A DNA stretch of 64,000 nucleotides. Origin: Candidatus Woesearchaeota archaeon (GTDB taxonomy: Archaea > Nanobdellota > Nanobdellia > Pacearchaeales > GW2011-AR1). Positions 18,803 to 27,832 of this stretch are shown here, in pieces. The translations under genes were made by a program, and so were the position numbers. Location of the stretch: the NCBI GenBank assembly GCA_964530955.1, contig CAZHCL010000001.1:49381-113380 (forward strand), given 5' to 3'. Positions within the stretch are counted from its first letter, which is position 1; each line of letters begins with the position of its first letter. Under the pieces are notes generated by a model, which saw only the letters and a list, made by a program, of their open reading frames with translations, did not search any database and was not told where the DNA came from.

Positions 18803-19880
18803 TTTTTTCAGCTTCCTTTTCAAAGGCCTCCCTAAATTTTGCAAGATCATCTGTCCTTATTCTTGCTCCCGCCGCGTCATCATGTCCTCCGCCTGTTGCA
18901 TTTGAAAAATTTCCAATTATATTAGATAGAATTAATTTAACATTCTTTCCTCTTAGTGAAATATTAGAAATTCCTCCTTTAATAAAAGCAGCAGCAATAT
19001 ACTTTTCTGGATAAAGGAAACATAATTCATTGGCTATCTCTGCGCTTATACTCAAATCACCAGTATAATCAAAGAATACTACTTTTCCGGATACCTCTTC
19101 CTTTGCTTTTTGAACAAGATAGTCATATTTCTTTTTTATTTCCGAATATCTGTTTCTAAAACTTGAGTTTGAATCAATCTCTTGGAAAATGTCTGCTGGG
19201 CCTTTGCTATTGATTAAGAAATTTTGCAGCTGAACTACATGGGTTATTGTATCTTTTAATCCGAAGCTTATGGCTTGTGAAATTCTTCCTATTTCTGTTT
19301 TGTAATATGCTTCAAAGGGGTCTTTTATCTTTGCTTTTTTCGGCCAGAATTCAGGATATTGTTCAGAAAAGTCTTTTACAAAATCGGGCATGAAATGATC
19401 GGATATGCATCCTATGAAAGCAAGCCATAAATCCTCTTTTCTTGCAGAAATTGAATATGTCAAAAAAGTTACTGGCTCAGAACTTTTGTCTTTGCCTTTA
19501 TTTTTTGTCGGATTGTAAACATAAATCGGACTTTCTTTTTTAATCATTTCTTCTGTTGAGGATTCACTTCCCTCTATATCATGATGATCAATCCAGACAA
19601 GAGGTATCTGCATTTTGTCAATTTCTTCTACGAATTCTTTTGCAAGCAAGGGCTTGTCAAGAACAAATACATAGTCTGCCTTGAGTTCCTGCGCCTTTTT
19701 TGCATACTGAGGATTCAGGTCAGGATAACTTTTTACAGCGACTCCTTTGCCTCTTCCTAGATATCTTCTAAGTAAAAGGAAGCTGCAAAGACCATCTAAA
19801 TCATTATCATAGTAAAATAAAGGGTTCTGTGCCTTTTGCAGATGCTCCCTTATTTCTTCAATTTGCTTGTCAGTTAGCAT
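18792..19880 (-). CDS. DHH/DHHA1 family phosphoesterase
   Basis: YDNDLDG, VLD, IDHH, GGGHDDAAG. Confidence 0.9.
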   Translation of the reverse strand: MLTDKQIEEIREHLQKAQNPLFYYDNDLDGLCSFLLLRRYLGRGKGVAVKSYPDLNPQYAKKAQELKADYVFVLDKPLLAKEFVEEIDKMQIPLVWIDHHDIEGSESSTEEMIKKESPIYVYNPTKNKGKDKSSEPVTFLTYSISARKEDLWLAFIGCISDHFMPDFVKDFSEQYPEFWPKKAKIKDPFEAYYKTEIGRISQAISFGLKDTITHVVQLQNFLINSKGPADIFQEIDSNSSFRNRYSEIKKKYDYLVQKAKEEVSGKVVFFDYTGDLSISAEIANELCFLYPEKYIAAAFIKGGISNISLRGKNVKLILSNIIGNFSNATGGGHDDAAGARIRTDDLAKFREAFEKEAEKNGK

Positions 19881-19972
19881 GAAAAAATCAATCTCTGAAG
19901 CCTTTTAATGTTTACTAAAGATAAATTCTACCTAGGTTAATTTTAAAAAAATAAAAAATAAAAATTGATTAA

Positions 19973-20704
19973 TTAAAACAAGCTGAGCTTGTATTCTACA
20001 GTTATAGATGCAGTTACATCCAGATCGCTTGGCGAGATATTTGCTGCTGCCTGTTTTGCCTCTGCTGCTGAAGCTCCTGCTGATACTCCATCCATCATTG
20101 CATAGTATGGTCTTGGCATGTAGTTGAAGTCGTTAGACTGTACCGAAACTAGACTTCCTAACTTTCTACCTTGGCCTTCTGCAATTGAAGCCGCCTTATC
20201 TTTTGCATTTGCACTTGCTTCCTTCAGAGCTTCTGTCTTATACTGATTCTGACTGGCTGGTGAGAGTTCCATCTGAATTGTTTGAACCAATGCTCCGTTA
20301 TTTAGAGCGGCATTAACAATTTTTGATGTCTGATTAAAATCAGTTGTTTTCACAATAATCTGCTGGCTTACAACAAATCCTTTGTCAGTATTTGTGTTTG
20401 TATTACTGTTCCACTCTGTCCAAGGATAGCTTGTGTATCCCAGAAGTTGAATATCTTTCTGGTTTATTCCTAGAGAATTCAAAGCAGATACGGTACTGTC
20501 GGTTATCTCAGAATTTGTCTTTTGAGCATCTTGTAAAGTAGCATTTTTTGCTTCTATGTTCAAATATACTGATATTTCATCAGGCTGCGCTTTTAATGAT
20601 GACTCTCCCTGTGCTGAGACAATTGGCTGACTGCTGTAAAAAAAGTAACCTGCAATTGCTAGAACTGCAATTATTACTATTGCTAATATAATTTTGTTAT
20701 TCAT
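19973..20704 (-). CDS. SIMPL (DUF541) domain secreted protein
   Basis: N-terminal TM, G..S..AQPD, AL.EA..NA..KA..IA...G..LG, C-terminal ASITVEY. Confidence 0.85.
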   Translation of the reverse strand: MNNKIILAIVIIAVLAIAGYFFYSSQPIVSAQGESSLKAQPDEISVYLNIEAKNATLQDAQKTNSEITDSTVSALNSLGINQKDIQLLGYTSYPWTEWNSNTNTNTDKGFVVSQQIIVKTTDFNQTSKIVNAALNNGALVQTIQMELSPASQNQYKTEALKEASANAKDKAASIAEGQGRKLGSLVSVQSNDFNYMPRPYYAMMDGVSAGASAAEAKQAAANISPSDLDVTASITVEYKLSLF

Positions 20705-21302
20705 TTTTACCTCCTTTCATCATTTTTTTCCTATTGAAAAAAAGTATGAGCAATATAGAAATTAGTGCTCCAAGCAAAAACCAAAGCCAGGAATATTCTG
20801 ATGTGACATGTACTTGTTGAAGTATATTGTTTCCTGCTCCAACAATATAATCTTGTGCGTTTGCGGAAGTAGATGCTGCTTTTTCTGCAAATAATGGAGC
20901 AGATTGGCTTGCGCCTATTGAGGTATTGCTACTCAAGTAATATAATCTTATTCCTAATGCGGCTGCTAAAGAGATAAGCAAGGCTGGAAGAATTCCCTTG
21001 AAACTGCTCTTGGGAGAAATCATTATTTTTTTATCAGATACTTTGTAGGTTGGAATCTTTTTTCCCTTCACGCTCCAAAAGAAATTTTTTGATTTTTCTA
21101 TTAAACCTGACTTCAGTAGTTTGTTTATATTGTATCCAACTGTATTTAATGGAATTTTAAGCTCGGAAGAGATGTCGCTTTCACTCATTTCTTTTTCTAC
21201 CAGAACAGAAAGTATCTTTTTTGAAGTGCTGTTGGCCATTACTTCTGCTATGGCTGATGCCCTTGGGTCATCGATGTCGAAATTTATGTATTTCTCATTC
21301 AT
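20697..21302 (-). CDS. ArsR-like winged-helix regulator with two TM helices
   Basis: ILSVL..KEMSESDISSELKIPLNTVGYNINKLLKSGLI HTH followed by two hydrophobic helices. Confidence 0.78.
   Translation of the reverse strand: MNEKYINFDIDDPRASAIAEVMANSTSKKILSVLVEKEMSESDISSELKIPLNTVGYNINKLLKSGLIEKSKNFFWSVKGKKIPTYKVSDKKIMISPKSSFKGILPALLISLAAALGIRLYYLSSNTSIGASQSAPLFAEKAASTSANAQDYIVGAGNNILQQVHVTSEYSWLWFLLGALISILLILFFNRKKMMKGGKNE
20708..20720 (-). promoter_or_regulatory. Shine-Dalgarno site (ATGAAAGGAGGTA) of the SIMPL gene
   Basis: GGAGG a few nt before the ATG at 20704; identical 13-mer at 23344-23356. Confidence 0.6.
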
Positions 21303-21407
21303 GCTTGGAAAAGAGCTAACTTCTTTATAAATCCCTCGAAGACTTCAAACATGATTGAAATTGTCCAGAACGAAAATATTTATAAAGCCATTTACAATTA
21401 AATAAAT

Positions 21408-21593
21408 ATGAATAAATGGTTGGAGCTTTTGGTTGGATTGATTCTTGTAATTGCACCTATAGTTCTTGCACTTTCTGTTTGGACTTCTTGGTGGCCTGTG
21501 GCATTGGGATTCCTTGAGGGAGCGATATTCTGGGCAGTAATAGGAATTGGATTGCTTTTCATTCTTCTTGGTATTTCTGATTTGAAAGGATAG
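21408..21593 (+). CDS. Small two-TM membrane protein
   Basis: 61 aa, almost entirely hydrophobic. Confidence 0.65.
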   Translation: MNKWLELLVGLILVIAPIVLALSVWTSWWPVALGFLEGAIFWAVIGIGLLFILLGISDLKG

Positions 21594-21662
21594 ACTGTCT
21601 TTTTTGAAAATAGTTTTTTGAATTATAACAATTAATAAATACTTCGGGTGATTTTGCAAGTG

Positions 21663-22826
21663 ATGGGCAATTGCAAAATATGCGGGGAGGAGAACTGCAA
21701 GAAACACTCTTTTCTTCTTGGAAAAACAAGGTCTGTGCAGGAATTTTCGGGTTCGAGTCCTCCAGAAATATTCGTTGGAAGATGGAACTACCCGAATGTT
21801 TACGCTGGAATTTTAAGTCCGGAGGAATACGGAAATACTGAAATTATGTCTTCTGCCGAATTATGGCAGCAGAATAAACTTTCAATTCCTGAAATACTAA
21901 GCAACAGAAATAAACTTATTTATGGAAGAACGCAAGCGCAGATAAAAAAGCCTCAGCAGTCAAAATTTCTTTCTGCTTTTCGGGAAGTTGCTATGACTCA
22001 CAAATCGATTGCTGCTGAATTCAAACTCAAAAAGCCAATATCGAAGAATAAGGAAAATGACCCTAAAGTTCCTTTGATAAGTAATGCGGCAGATATTTCT
22101 TCTGTCAGACTGCAGGAGAATGCTTCTGTCAAACCTAAAGTTGATTATCTTGTTAATGATACTGACGCAAAATCAACCTCTTCTATGCTTGAACTTGATA
22201 AATCAGGGATAGCCACTTCAAATATAGTAAAATTACTTTCTGCAGGTCTTCTTGGATTGAGAGCGAATAGAAAGCTAGTGCCTACAAGATGGAGCATTAC
22301 TGCTGTTGATGATACTATTTCAAGAGAAAAGCTCAAAAAAATAAGATATTTTCCAGAAATACAGAATATAGAAGTTTTTCATGGAGAATATTTGGGAAAT
22401 CATTATGAATTTATTCTACTTCCTGAAAAATGGAGCTTTGAAGTTATAGAAATTTCAACAAAGAATATGGGTGTCTGGCATGATTATGAATCCTTTTTTC
22501 CAAGAAAAAATTATGCTGAATCAGTCACGGGGGGATATTATAGCGCTAGACTTCCCGTTACAGAATACCTTGAAAAGATAAAAAAACAGGCTTCTGTTCT
22601 TGTATTGAGAGAAGTAAGGCCTGAATATTCTTCTCCTTTGGGCGTGGGAATCTTAAGACAGACATGCAGAGAGGCATTCAGTAAAACTCCAGAGAAATTT
22701 TCAACGCTTCAGGATGCATTTTCATCTGTAAGTTCAAGACTTACAATTAATATAGATAATTTTCTACAAAAGGCAATTATTTTGCAAAATTACGGCAAAC
22801 AGAAAAAGATAAGTCAGTTTTTCTGA
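21663..22826 (+). CDS. nreA: Archaeal DNA repair protein Nre
   Basis: N-terminal CxxC, GSSPPEIFVGRWNYP, LVPTRWSITAVD, GGYYSARL, C-terminal PIP box QKKISQFF. Confidence 0.9.
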   Translation: MGNCKICGEENCKKHSFLLGKTRSVQEFSGSSPPEIFVGRWNYPNVYAGILSPEEYGNTEIMSSAELWQQNKLSIPEILSNRNKLIYGRTQAQIKKPQQSKFLSAFREVAMTHKSIAAEFKLKKPISKNKENDPKVPLISNAADISSVRLQENASVKPKVDYLVNDTDAKSTSSMLELDKSGIATSNIVKLLSAGLLGLRANRKLVPTRWSITAVDDTISREKLKKIRYFPEIQNIEVFHGEYLGNHYEFILLPEKWSFEVIEISTKNMGVWHDYESFFPRKNYAESVTGGYYSARLPVTEYLEKIKKQASVLVLREVRPEYSSPLGVGILRQTCREAFSKTPEKFSTLQDAFSSVSSRLTINIDNFLQKAIILQNYGKQKKISQFF

Positions 22827-22861
22827 CAAAAAAATAAAAAAAGAAAAATAAATTATGGAGC

Positions 22862-23335
22862 TTACTTGCTCCAGGCAGCAATACCTATCATTACCAATCC
22901 CACTATGGGGATTAGACAAAGAAGAGCCCACCAGCCTGGCTTATGAATTCTCTCAAACATTTTCCAATTCCAGATAACTGAATAAACTGCAAATACAATC
23001 ATTGCAATAACATAAATTACTGGAGCGAAATGCGCAAAGATCAAACCAACGAGCAACAACCAAGGCCACCAATTCATTTTAGATGCTCTAAAAGAAATTA
23101 TTAGAGGACCTATGCCTGGAATCCACGCTAGTCCTGGCAAACGTTGTTTTGCTTTTCTAGCAATAGACATGTAGGCTAGAGATTGATATATCCAAATAGC
23201 TACAAAAATGAGTAAGAAGATTGCAAAAAAAGCAACAATCATGGTCCAAAATCCTGGTGTGCTTGTTAATGAAGCAATATCTGCCGAACTAATATTTACT
23301 GAATTAGGATCAGTGACTAAAAATAAACTTGACAT
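22862..23335 (-). CDS. DUF5684-like membrane protein
   Basis: LAWIPGI, WWPW, WKMFERIHKPGWWALL.LIP pattern. Confidence 0.72.
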   Translation of the reverse strand: MSSLFLVTDPNSVNISSADIASLTSTPGFWTMIVAFFAIFLLIFVAIWIYQSLAYMSIARKAKQRLPGLAWIPGIGPLIISFRASKMNWWPWLLLVGLIFAHFAPVIYVIAMIVFAVYSVIWNWKMFERIHKPGWWALLCLIPIVGLVMIGIAAWSK

Positions 23336-23343
23336 TTATTAAA

Positions 23344-23356
23344 TACCTCCTTTCAT
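23344..23356 (-). promoter_or_regulatory. Shine-Dalgarno site of the DUF5684-like gene
   Basis: AAAGGAGGT upstream of the ATG at 23335. Confidence 0.6.
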
Positions 23357-23377
23357 TGTATTCGTTCTGAAATTAAA

Positions 23378-23932
23378 TTATTCCTTTCCTTCCTTTATGG
23401 CTGCTTTTATGTTCTTATTCAGCTGCTTCATGCTTTCTTCAAGCTGTTCCTTATTTTTTGTTCCTGTACAGACTAACTTTCCATTGCTGAAAAGAAGGAA
23501 AGTTGCAGTTGGATCAACCAGTTTGTAGACTAGACCGGGGAATTGTTCTGGCTCATATTCTGTATTCTCGAGCTGTAAAGCAAGAACATTAAGATTGAGA
23601 CTTAAATCAATACTTCCTGATGCAACAATGTTCTGGACTGTTATTTTTGGCTTGTCAGTAACTCTTACTCCTATCTTCGCTATCTGTCTGATGACTGCAT
23701 TTATTACTTCCTTTACCTGAGCTATACTTTTTGTTCCCGTACAAACCAAATTTCCTGAAGAGAAAACAAGAACTGCCGATTTTGGCTTTTCTACTCTTAA
23801 AACAAGACCTGGGAATTGTTCTGGGTTGTATTCTGTATTGCTTTGAGTTCTTGCAAGTTTGGTAAGAGAAATTTCTTTTCCTAAAGAAGTGGTTGCTACG
23901 ATATTCTGAACTTTTAGATTAGAGGTTGCCAT
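23378..23932 (-). CDS. tbp: TATA-box binding protein
   Basis: Two direct repeats: NIVAT/NIVAS, EY.PEQFPGLV, F..G.LVCTG.K. Confidence 0.97.
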   Translation of the reverse strand: MATSNLKVQNIVATTSLGKEISLTKLARTQSNTEYNPEQFPGLVLRVEKPKSAVLVFSSGNLVCTGTKSIAQVKEVINAVIRQIAKIGVRVTDKPKITVQNIVASGSIDLSLNLNVLALQLENTEYEPEQFPGLVYKLVDPTATFLLFSNGKLVCTGTKNKEQLEESMKQLNKNIKAAIKEGKE

Positions 23933-23967
23933 TTTGAGCAGGTATACCATTTATAAAGAGATTTTAT

Positions 23968-24429
23968 TTATAAAGCTTTGCCCATCTCTTTTTCGACAGT
24001 TTTTGCGACGTTTTTAAGCTCTTTCCTGAAATCAACAAACTCAAAAATAACAATTATCATCATAATAACCATTATTCCATCTATGGTAATACAATCATTG
24101 CAAATTTGCTTAAGCACAAAAAGCTGTAAGGAAATAAAATAGACTGCGAATACAGCACCAATTATTGTGGCTAGAAGAAAAGCCCAATATATGTTCTTTT
24201 TGAATCGTGCTATGAGGAAGAGTATGAAAAATATTGAAAATGAAACAAGACCAAACCAGGCAAGTTTTATTCCAAACAGTGTGCCGTAAATTGAGTTTTG
24301 AACGAATGAACAGGAAGAGCCTGTTGTACATAGATAATTGTTACTCCCGGAATATCCAACATAGAAGCAAAGAACAATTTCGGCTATTATGAGGAGCCCA
24401 AGAATTAAATCATATTTTCTTATTTTCAT
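23968..24429 (-). CDS. Vitamin K epoxide reductase (VKOR) family protein
   Basis: C-x5-C loop (LCTTGSSC), SIYGTLFGI, four TM helices, CNDC redox motif. Confidence 0.82.
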   Translation of the reverse strand: MKIRKYDLILGLLIIAEIVLCFYVGYSGSNNYLCTTGSSCSFVQNSIYGTLFGIKLAWFGLVSFSIFFILFLIARFKKNIYWAFLLATIIGAVFAVYFISLQLFVLKQICNDCITIDGIMVIMMIIVIFEFVDFRKELKNVAKTVEKEMGKAL

Positions 24430-24535
24430 ACATTGGTAAAAAAAAGGGTATTTAATAATGTTGTGAAAAAGCAACTTTGTAAATATGGCAATCTGATATA
24501 ATAATGCTTAAATAACAATTGCTCTTTTTCTAAAA

Positions 24536-25021
24536 ATGATTAATGCAACTATATGCTTCCTCAGAAACAATAGTCGAACTCTTTTTATCTATAGAAATCG
24601 TGGTGAGGCAGATATGCACAATGGATTTTATGTTCCGCCTGGAGGACACATAGAAAGAGGTGAGCGAGGTATTGATTGTATGGTTCGTGAATTTTCAGAA
24701 GAAACAGGCCTAAAATTAATTAATCCAAAGCTAAGAGTAATGGCTACGTTCTACAATCAGGGAAGATTAATGGGTGGGAAAGAGAATCCAGAAGACTGGC
24801 TCGTTGAAGTCTACGAGGCAAGAGAGTTTACTGGAAATTTAAAGGAAGAGCATCCAAGATCAAAACCTATCTGGGTTACTGATTCCGAAATAACTTCTCT
24901 TAAAATGTATCCTGGAGACAGGAGGATATTCGACCTGCTTGAAAAAAAAGGAATTTATCAGGTTCTGGTCCAATATGCTGGGGAAGAAATGACTCGTTTT
25001 GAAACAACAAGAGTTGATTGA
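24536..25021 (+). CDS. NUDIX hydrolase
   Basis: Nudix box GGHIERGERGIDCMVREFSEETGL. Confidence 0.9.
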   Translation: MINATICFLRNNSRTLFIYRNRGEADMHNGFYVPPGGHIERGERGIDCMVREFSEETGLKLINPKLRVMATFYNQGRLMGGKENPEDWLVEVYEAREFTGNLKEEHPRSKPIWVTDSEITSLKMYPGDRRIFDLLEKKGIYQVLVQYAGEEMTRFETTRVD

Positions 25022-25174
25022 ATTAAAAATTAACTGTTCGAAATTTATTTATCACTTCTTAACACGAATATTTCTCATTAGTATCAAGAATAAATTAGGC
25101 TGAAATCAAAAGATTTAAATAGCCCTATTTACAAAAAGTATTACTCGAACTTCACAGCGAGTTGATTTAATAAA

Positions 25175-26455
25175 ATGGCAAAACAGAAACCAATTTTGAA
25201 CGTTGTTTTCGTAGGACATGTAGACCACGGAAAATCTACAACCATAGGAAGACTTATGTTCGATTCTGGAAAGGTTTCTCCTGAGGAACTTGAAAAATTA
25301 AAGGCAGAGGCTCAGAAACATGGAAAAGCAGGATTTGAGTTTGCTTTCGTTATGGATAAATTCAAAGAGGAAAGAGAAAGAGGAGTTACTATTGATCTAT
25401 CTTATCAGAAATTAGTTACAAATAAGTATGAAGTTACAATAATTGATGCTCCTGGACACAAGGACTTCGTAAAGAATATGATTACTGGTGCTTCACAGGC
25501 AGATGCAGCTTTCTTAACACTCTCTGCAAAAGATGGAGTTCAGCCACAGACAAAGGAACACGTATGGCTTCTTAGAACAATGGGAGTTTCACAGATAGCA
25601 GTTAATATTAACAAAATGGATTCTGTTGATTACAAGGAAGATGCTTACAATAAGGTGAAGACTGAGGTTTCAGCTGTATTAAAAATGGCAGGATACAAGC
25701 CAGACACAATCACATTCTTAGCAATATCTGGATTTAAGGGAGATAACGTTGCCAAAAAGTCAACAAACATGCCATGGTATAAAGGACCTACTGTCTTAGA
25801 GCAGCTAGATTTATTTGCACCTCCTGAAAAACCAATCCAATTACCTTTGAGAATGCCTCTTCAGGATGTTTATGAAATTACAGGAATAGGAACAGTTCCA
25901 GTTGGTAAAATAGAAACTGGAGTTATGAAGATTGGTCAGAAAGTATTAATCCTTCCTGGAAGATCTGGAAAGGGAGTTATGGGAGAAGTAAGAACAGTTG
26001 AAATGCACCACGAACAACTTACTCAGGCAGAAGCAGGAGATAACGTCGGAGTCAACATTAGAGGAGTCGGAAAGAAAGATATTGCAAGAGGGGACGTCGT
26101 TTGCGATGCTCTAAAGCCAGCTACTATTGCAGAAGAATTCGTAGCACAGGTTGCGGTCATAAGCCATCCTACAGTCATTGCTAAGGGTTACACTCCAGTA
26201 TTCCATGTACACACTGCTCAGGTCCCATGCCAATTCATCGAGCTTATAGAAAAGACAAGCCCTGATGGAACAACCGCAAAGAATCCAGATTTCTTGAAGA
26301 ATGGAGATGTTGCAAAAGTCAGAATCAAACCAATTGGAAACCTAGTTCTTGAAACACAGGCTACAAATCCACATATGGCAAGATTTGCAATAAGAGACGC
26401 TGGAGCAACTGTCGCTGCAGGCGTATGCATTGAGTTGAAAGCAAAAAAGATCTGA
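25175..26455 (+). CDS. tuf: Translation elongation factor EF-1alpha
   Basis: [27 protein letters not shown]; ends in TGA. Confidence 0.98.
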   Translation: MAKQKPILNVVFVGHVDHGKSTTIGRLMFDSGKVSPEELEKLKAEAQKHGKAGFEFAFVMDKFKEERERGVTIDLSYQKLVTNKYEVTIIDAPGHKDFVKNMITGASQADAAFLTLSAKDGVQPQTKEHVWLLRTMGVSQIAVNINKMDSVDYKEDAYNKVKTEVSAVLKMAGYKPDTITFLAISGFKGDNVAKKSTNMPWYKGPTVLEQLDLFAPPEKPIQLPLRMPLQDVYEITGIGTVPVGKIETGVMKIGQKVLILPGRSGKGVMGEVRTVEMHHEQLTQAEAGDNVGVNIRGVGKKDIARGDVVCDALKPATIAEEFVAQVAVISHPTVIAKGYTPVFHVHTAQVPCQFIELIEKTSPDGTTAKNPDFLKNGDVAKVRIKPIGNLVLETQATNPHMARFAIRDAGATVAAGVCIELKAKKI

Positions 26456-26694
26456 TTTCTTAAAAAATAAAATCTAAACCAAACCTGAATTCTAACTACT
26501 ATGAACAATAAAATTGGAAAAATATTAAGGATGAATTCACAGGGATTGACTGCTTCTCTTATAAAAATACTTATTATAGCTGCAATTTATTTAGTTATAT
26601 TCTGGAAAGAGCATTAGTTTTTTTCTCCTCGAGACTAAAAACTAGTGTATAAAAATATAATAAAACTTATAAATGGGCTTTCACAGAAAAATTC

Positions 26695-27324
26695 ATGGAT
26701 ATTACCAGAAAAGAGGTTGAAGCGAAGCTAGCTTCTGTCGGAGATTATGTAAAAATGGATTTTCTTCAGCAATGCCTGAAAAAAAATATTGATTTTGACA
26801 CTAAAAGATTTGTCATGACAAGACTTTCTTCAATTTATGAATCCAGACTTATGTTTCTTGAAGCAGCTAAATTAATGAGAGTTGTCGCTGATATAAACAC
26901 TACTTTCGACGGCAAATACAATGATTTCTCAAAGTCAATGGAACTTTACATAAAGGCAGGAGAATTTGATCAGGCAGATTTATCTTTCAAAAAAGCAATG
27001 GCTTGCGGAAATGAAAGACAAAAACTTGCCTTAAAAATTAAAATGAAGGATATCTATAAGAATAGAGCAAAAGAAATGATGCTAAAAGATAAGAGAAAAA
27101 ATGCAATGGATATTTATGAGAAAATTGCTTCTCTGCCTTTCCTTGATGCTGCTGAAAGAAAGGATGCACAGGCCAATTTGTTGCAGCTTTATCAAAAGCT
27201 TGGAAAAATAAAGGAGTATTATGCACTGGACAAAAACATAAAGAATCCTCAGTCGATTAATCAACAGGTTGAAGAAAAGCCCAAGTATGATGATTTTAAC
27301 ATCGATGATGTTCTTGGCGAGTAA
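26695..27324 (+). CDS. Hypothetical alpha-helical (TPR-like) protein
   Basis: 209 aa, repeated amphipathic helices with A..LY..A patterns. Confidence 0.65.
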   Translation: MDITRKEVEAKLASVGDYVKMDFLQQCLKKNIDFDTKRFVMTRLSSIYESRLMFLEAAKLMRVVADINTTFDGKYNDFSKSMELYIKAGEFDQADLSFKKAMACGNERQKLALKIKMKDIYKNRAKEMMLKDKRKNAMDIYEKIASLPFLDAAERKDAQANLLQLYQKLGKIKEYYALDKNIKNPQSINQQVEEKPKYDDFNIDDVLGE

Positions 27325-27406
27325 ATCTGATTAATATTTTATTTTCTAATAAATTTTATATGGCAGAGCTAGGTGTGAAAAAAATAAAAAAATTAGAAAA
27401 ATTTAA

Positions 27407-27535
27407 CTAATCATCACGCAATGCGTCTAGGTCCGCATTCTCGAAAACATGTGATATGTCTTCCTCCTGAGAAAATTCTTCTTCAACAACTTTCTCAACT
27501 TTGGGGACCTCTTTTTGATTTCTTTTCGAAGCCAT
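27407..27535 (-). CDS. Possible small acidic protein (42 aa), absent from ORF track
   Basis: MASKRNQKEVPKVEKVVEEEFSQEEDISHVFENADLDALRDD*; TTTATAAA at 27565-27572. Confidence 0.45.
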   Translation of the reverse strand: MASKRNQKEVPKVEKVVEEEFSQEEDISHVFENADLDALRDD

Positions 27536-27720
27536 TGTCTTCAGTCCTTTGATGATATAAGGCATTTATAAACTTTATGCATGTTTTATAGACGATAAAT
27601 ATATATCCTGAATATACAGAAGGTTTATATAATAAATGGGTTTTATTTTTTGACTTCTGCTTTTGTTATTGATTACTACCCGCTATACCTTATTCATTGT
27701 TGAAAAATTATATATTAATT

Positions 27721-27779
27721 GAGCGGGCCCGCCGCGCCGCGTGCGACGAGCCCTTCATCTCAGCCTAACCGAGATGAGC
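27721..27779 (-). ncRNA. Candidate structured small RNA (two hairpins, 71% GC)
   Basis: 42/59 G+C in AT-rich context; stems CATCTCGG/CTGAGATG and GGGCTCGTCG/CGGCGGGCCC close with G-U pairs only on the minus strand; TTTAAATA 25 nt upstream. Confidence 0.6.
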
Positions 27780-27803
27780 ATGATAAAAAAACAGAGCATA
27801 AGA

Positions 27804-27811
27804 TATTTAAA
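27804..27811. promoter_or_regulatory. TATA element between the candidate sRNA (-) and the antiporter gene (+)
   Basis: TATTTAAA / TTTAAATA about 22-25 nt from both putative starts. Confidence 0.5.
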
Positions 27812-27832
27812 AACCCCTTGGTTCAACCTTTA

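Noticed and set aside
26500-26620. 38-codon ORF after tuf with a hydrophobic stretch (MNNKIGKILRMNSQG...)
   Set aside because: Too short, with no clear promoter or RBS; hydrophobic runs arise easily in AT-rich DNA.
27721-27779. Riboswitch (c-di-AMP, Na+/Li+, fluoride) controlling the antiporter, or a SECIS element
   Set aside because: Consensus motifs are not matched, pairing favours the opposite strand, the element lies upstream of the antiporter TATA box, and it is 18 kb from the UGA codons.
27719-27832. 38-aa N-terminal extension of the antiporter in the ORF track
   Set aside because: It runs through the GC-rich hairpins and a TATA box; the hydrophobic CPA2 domain begins at ATG 27833.
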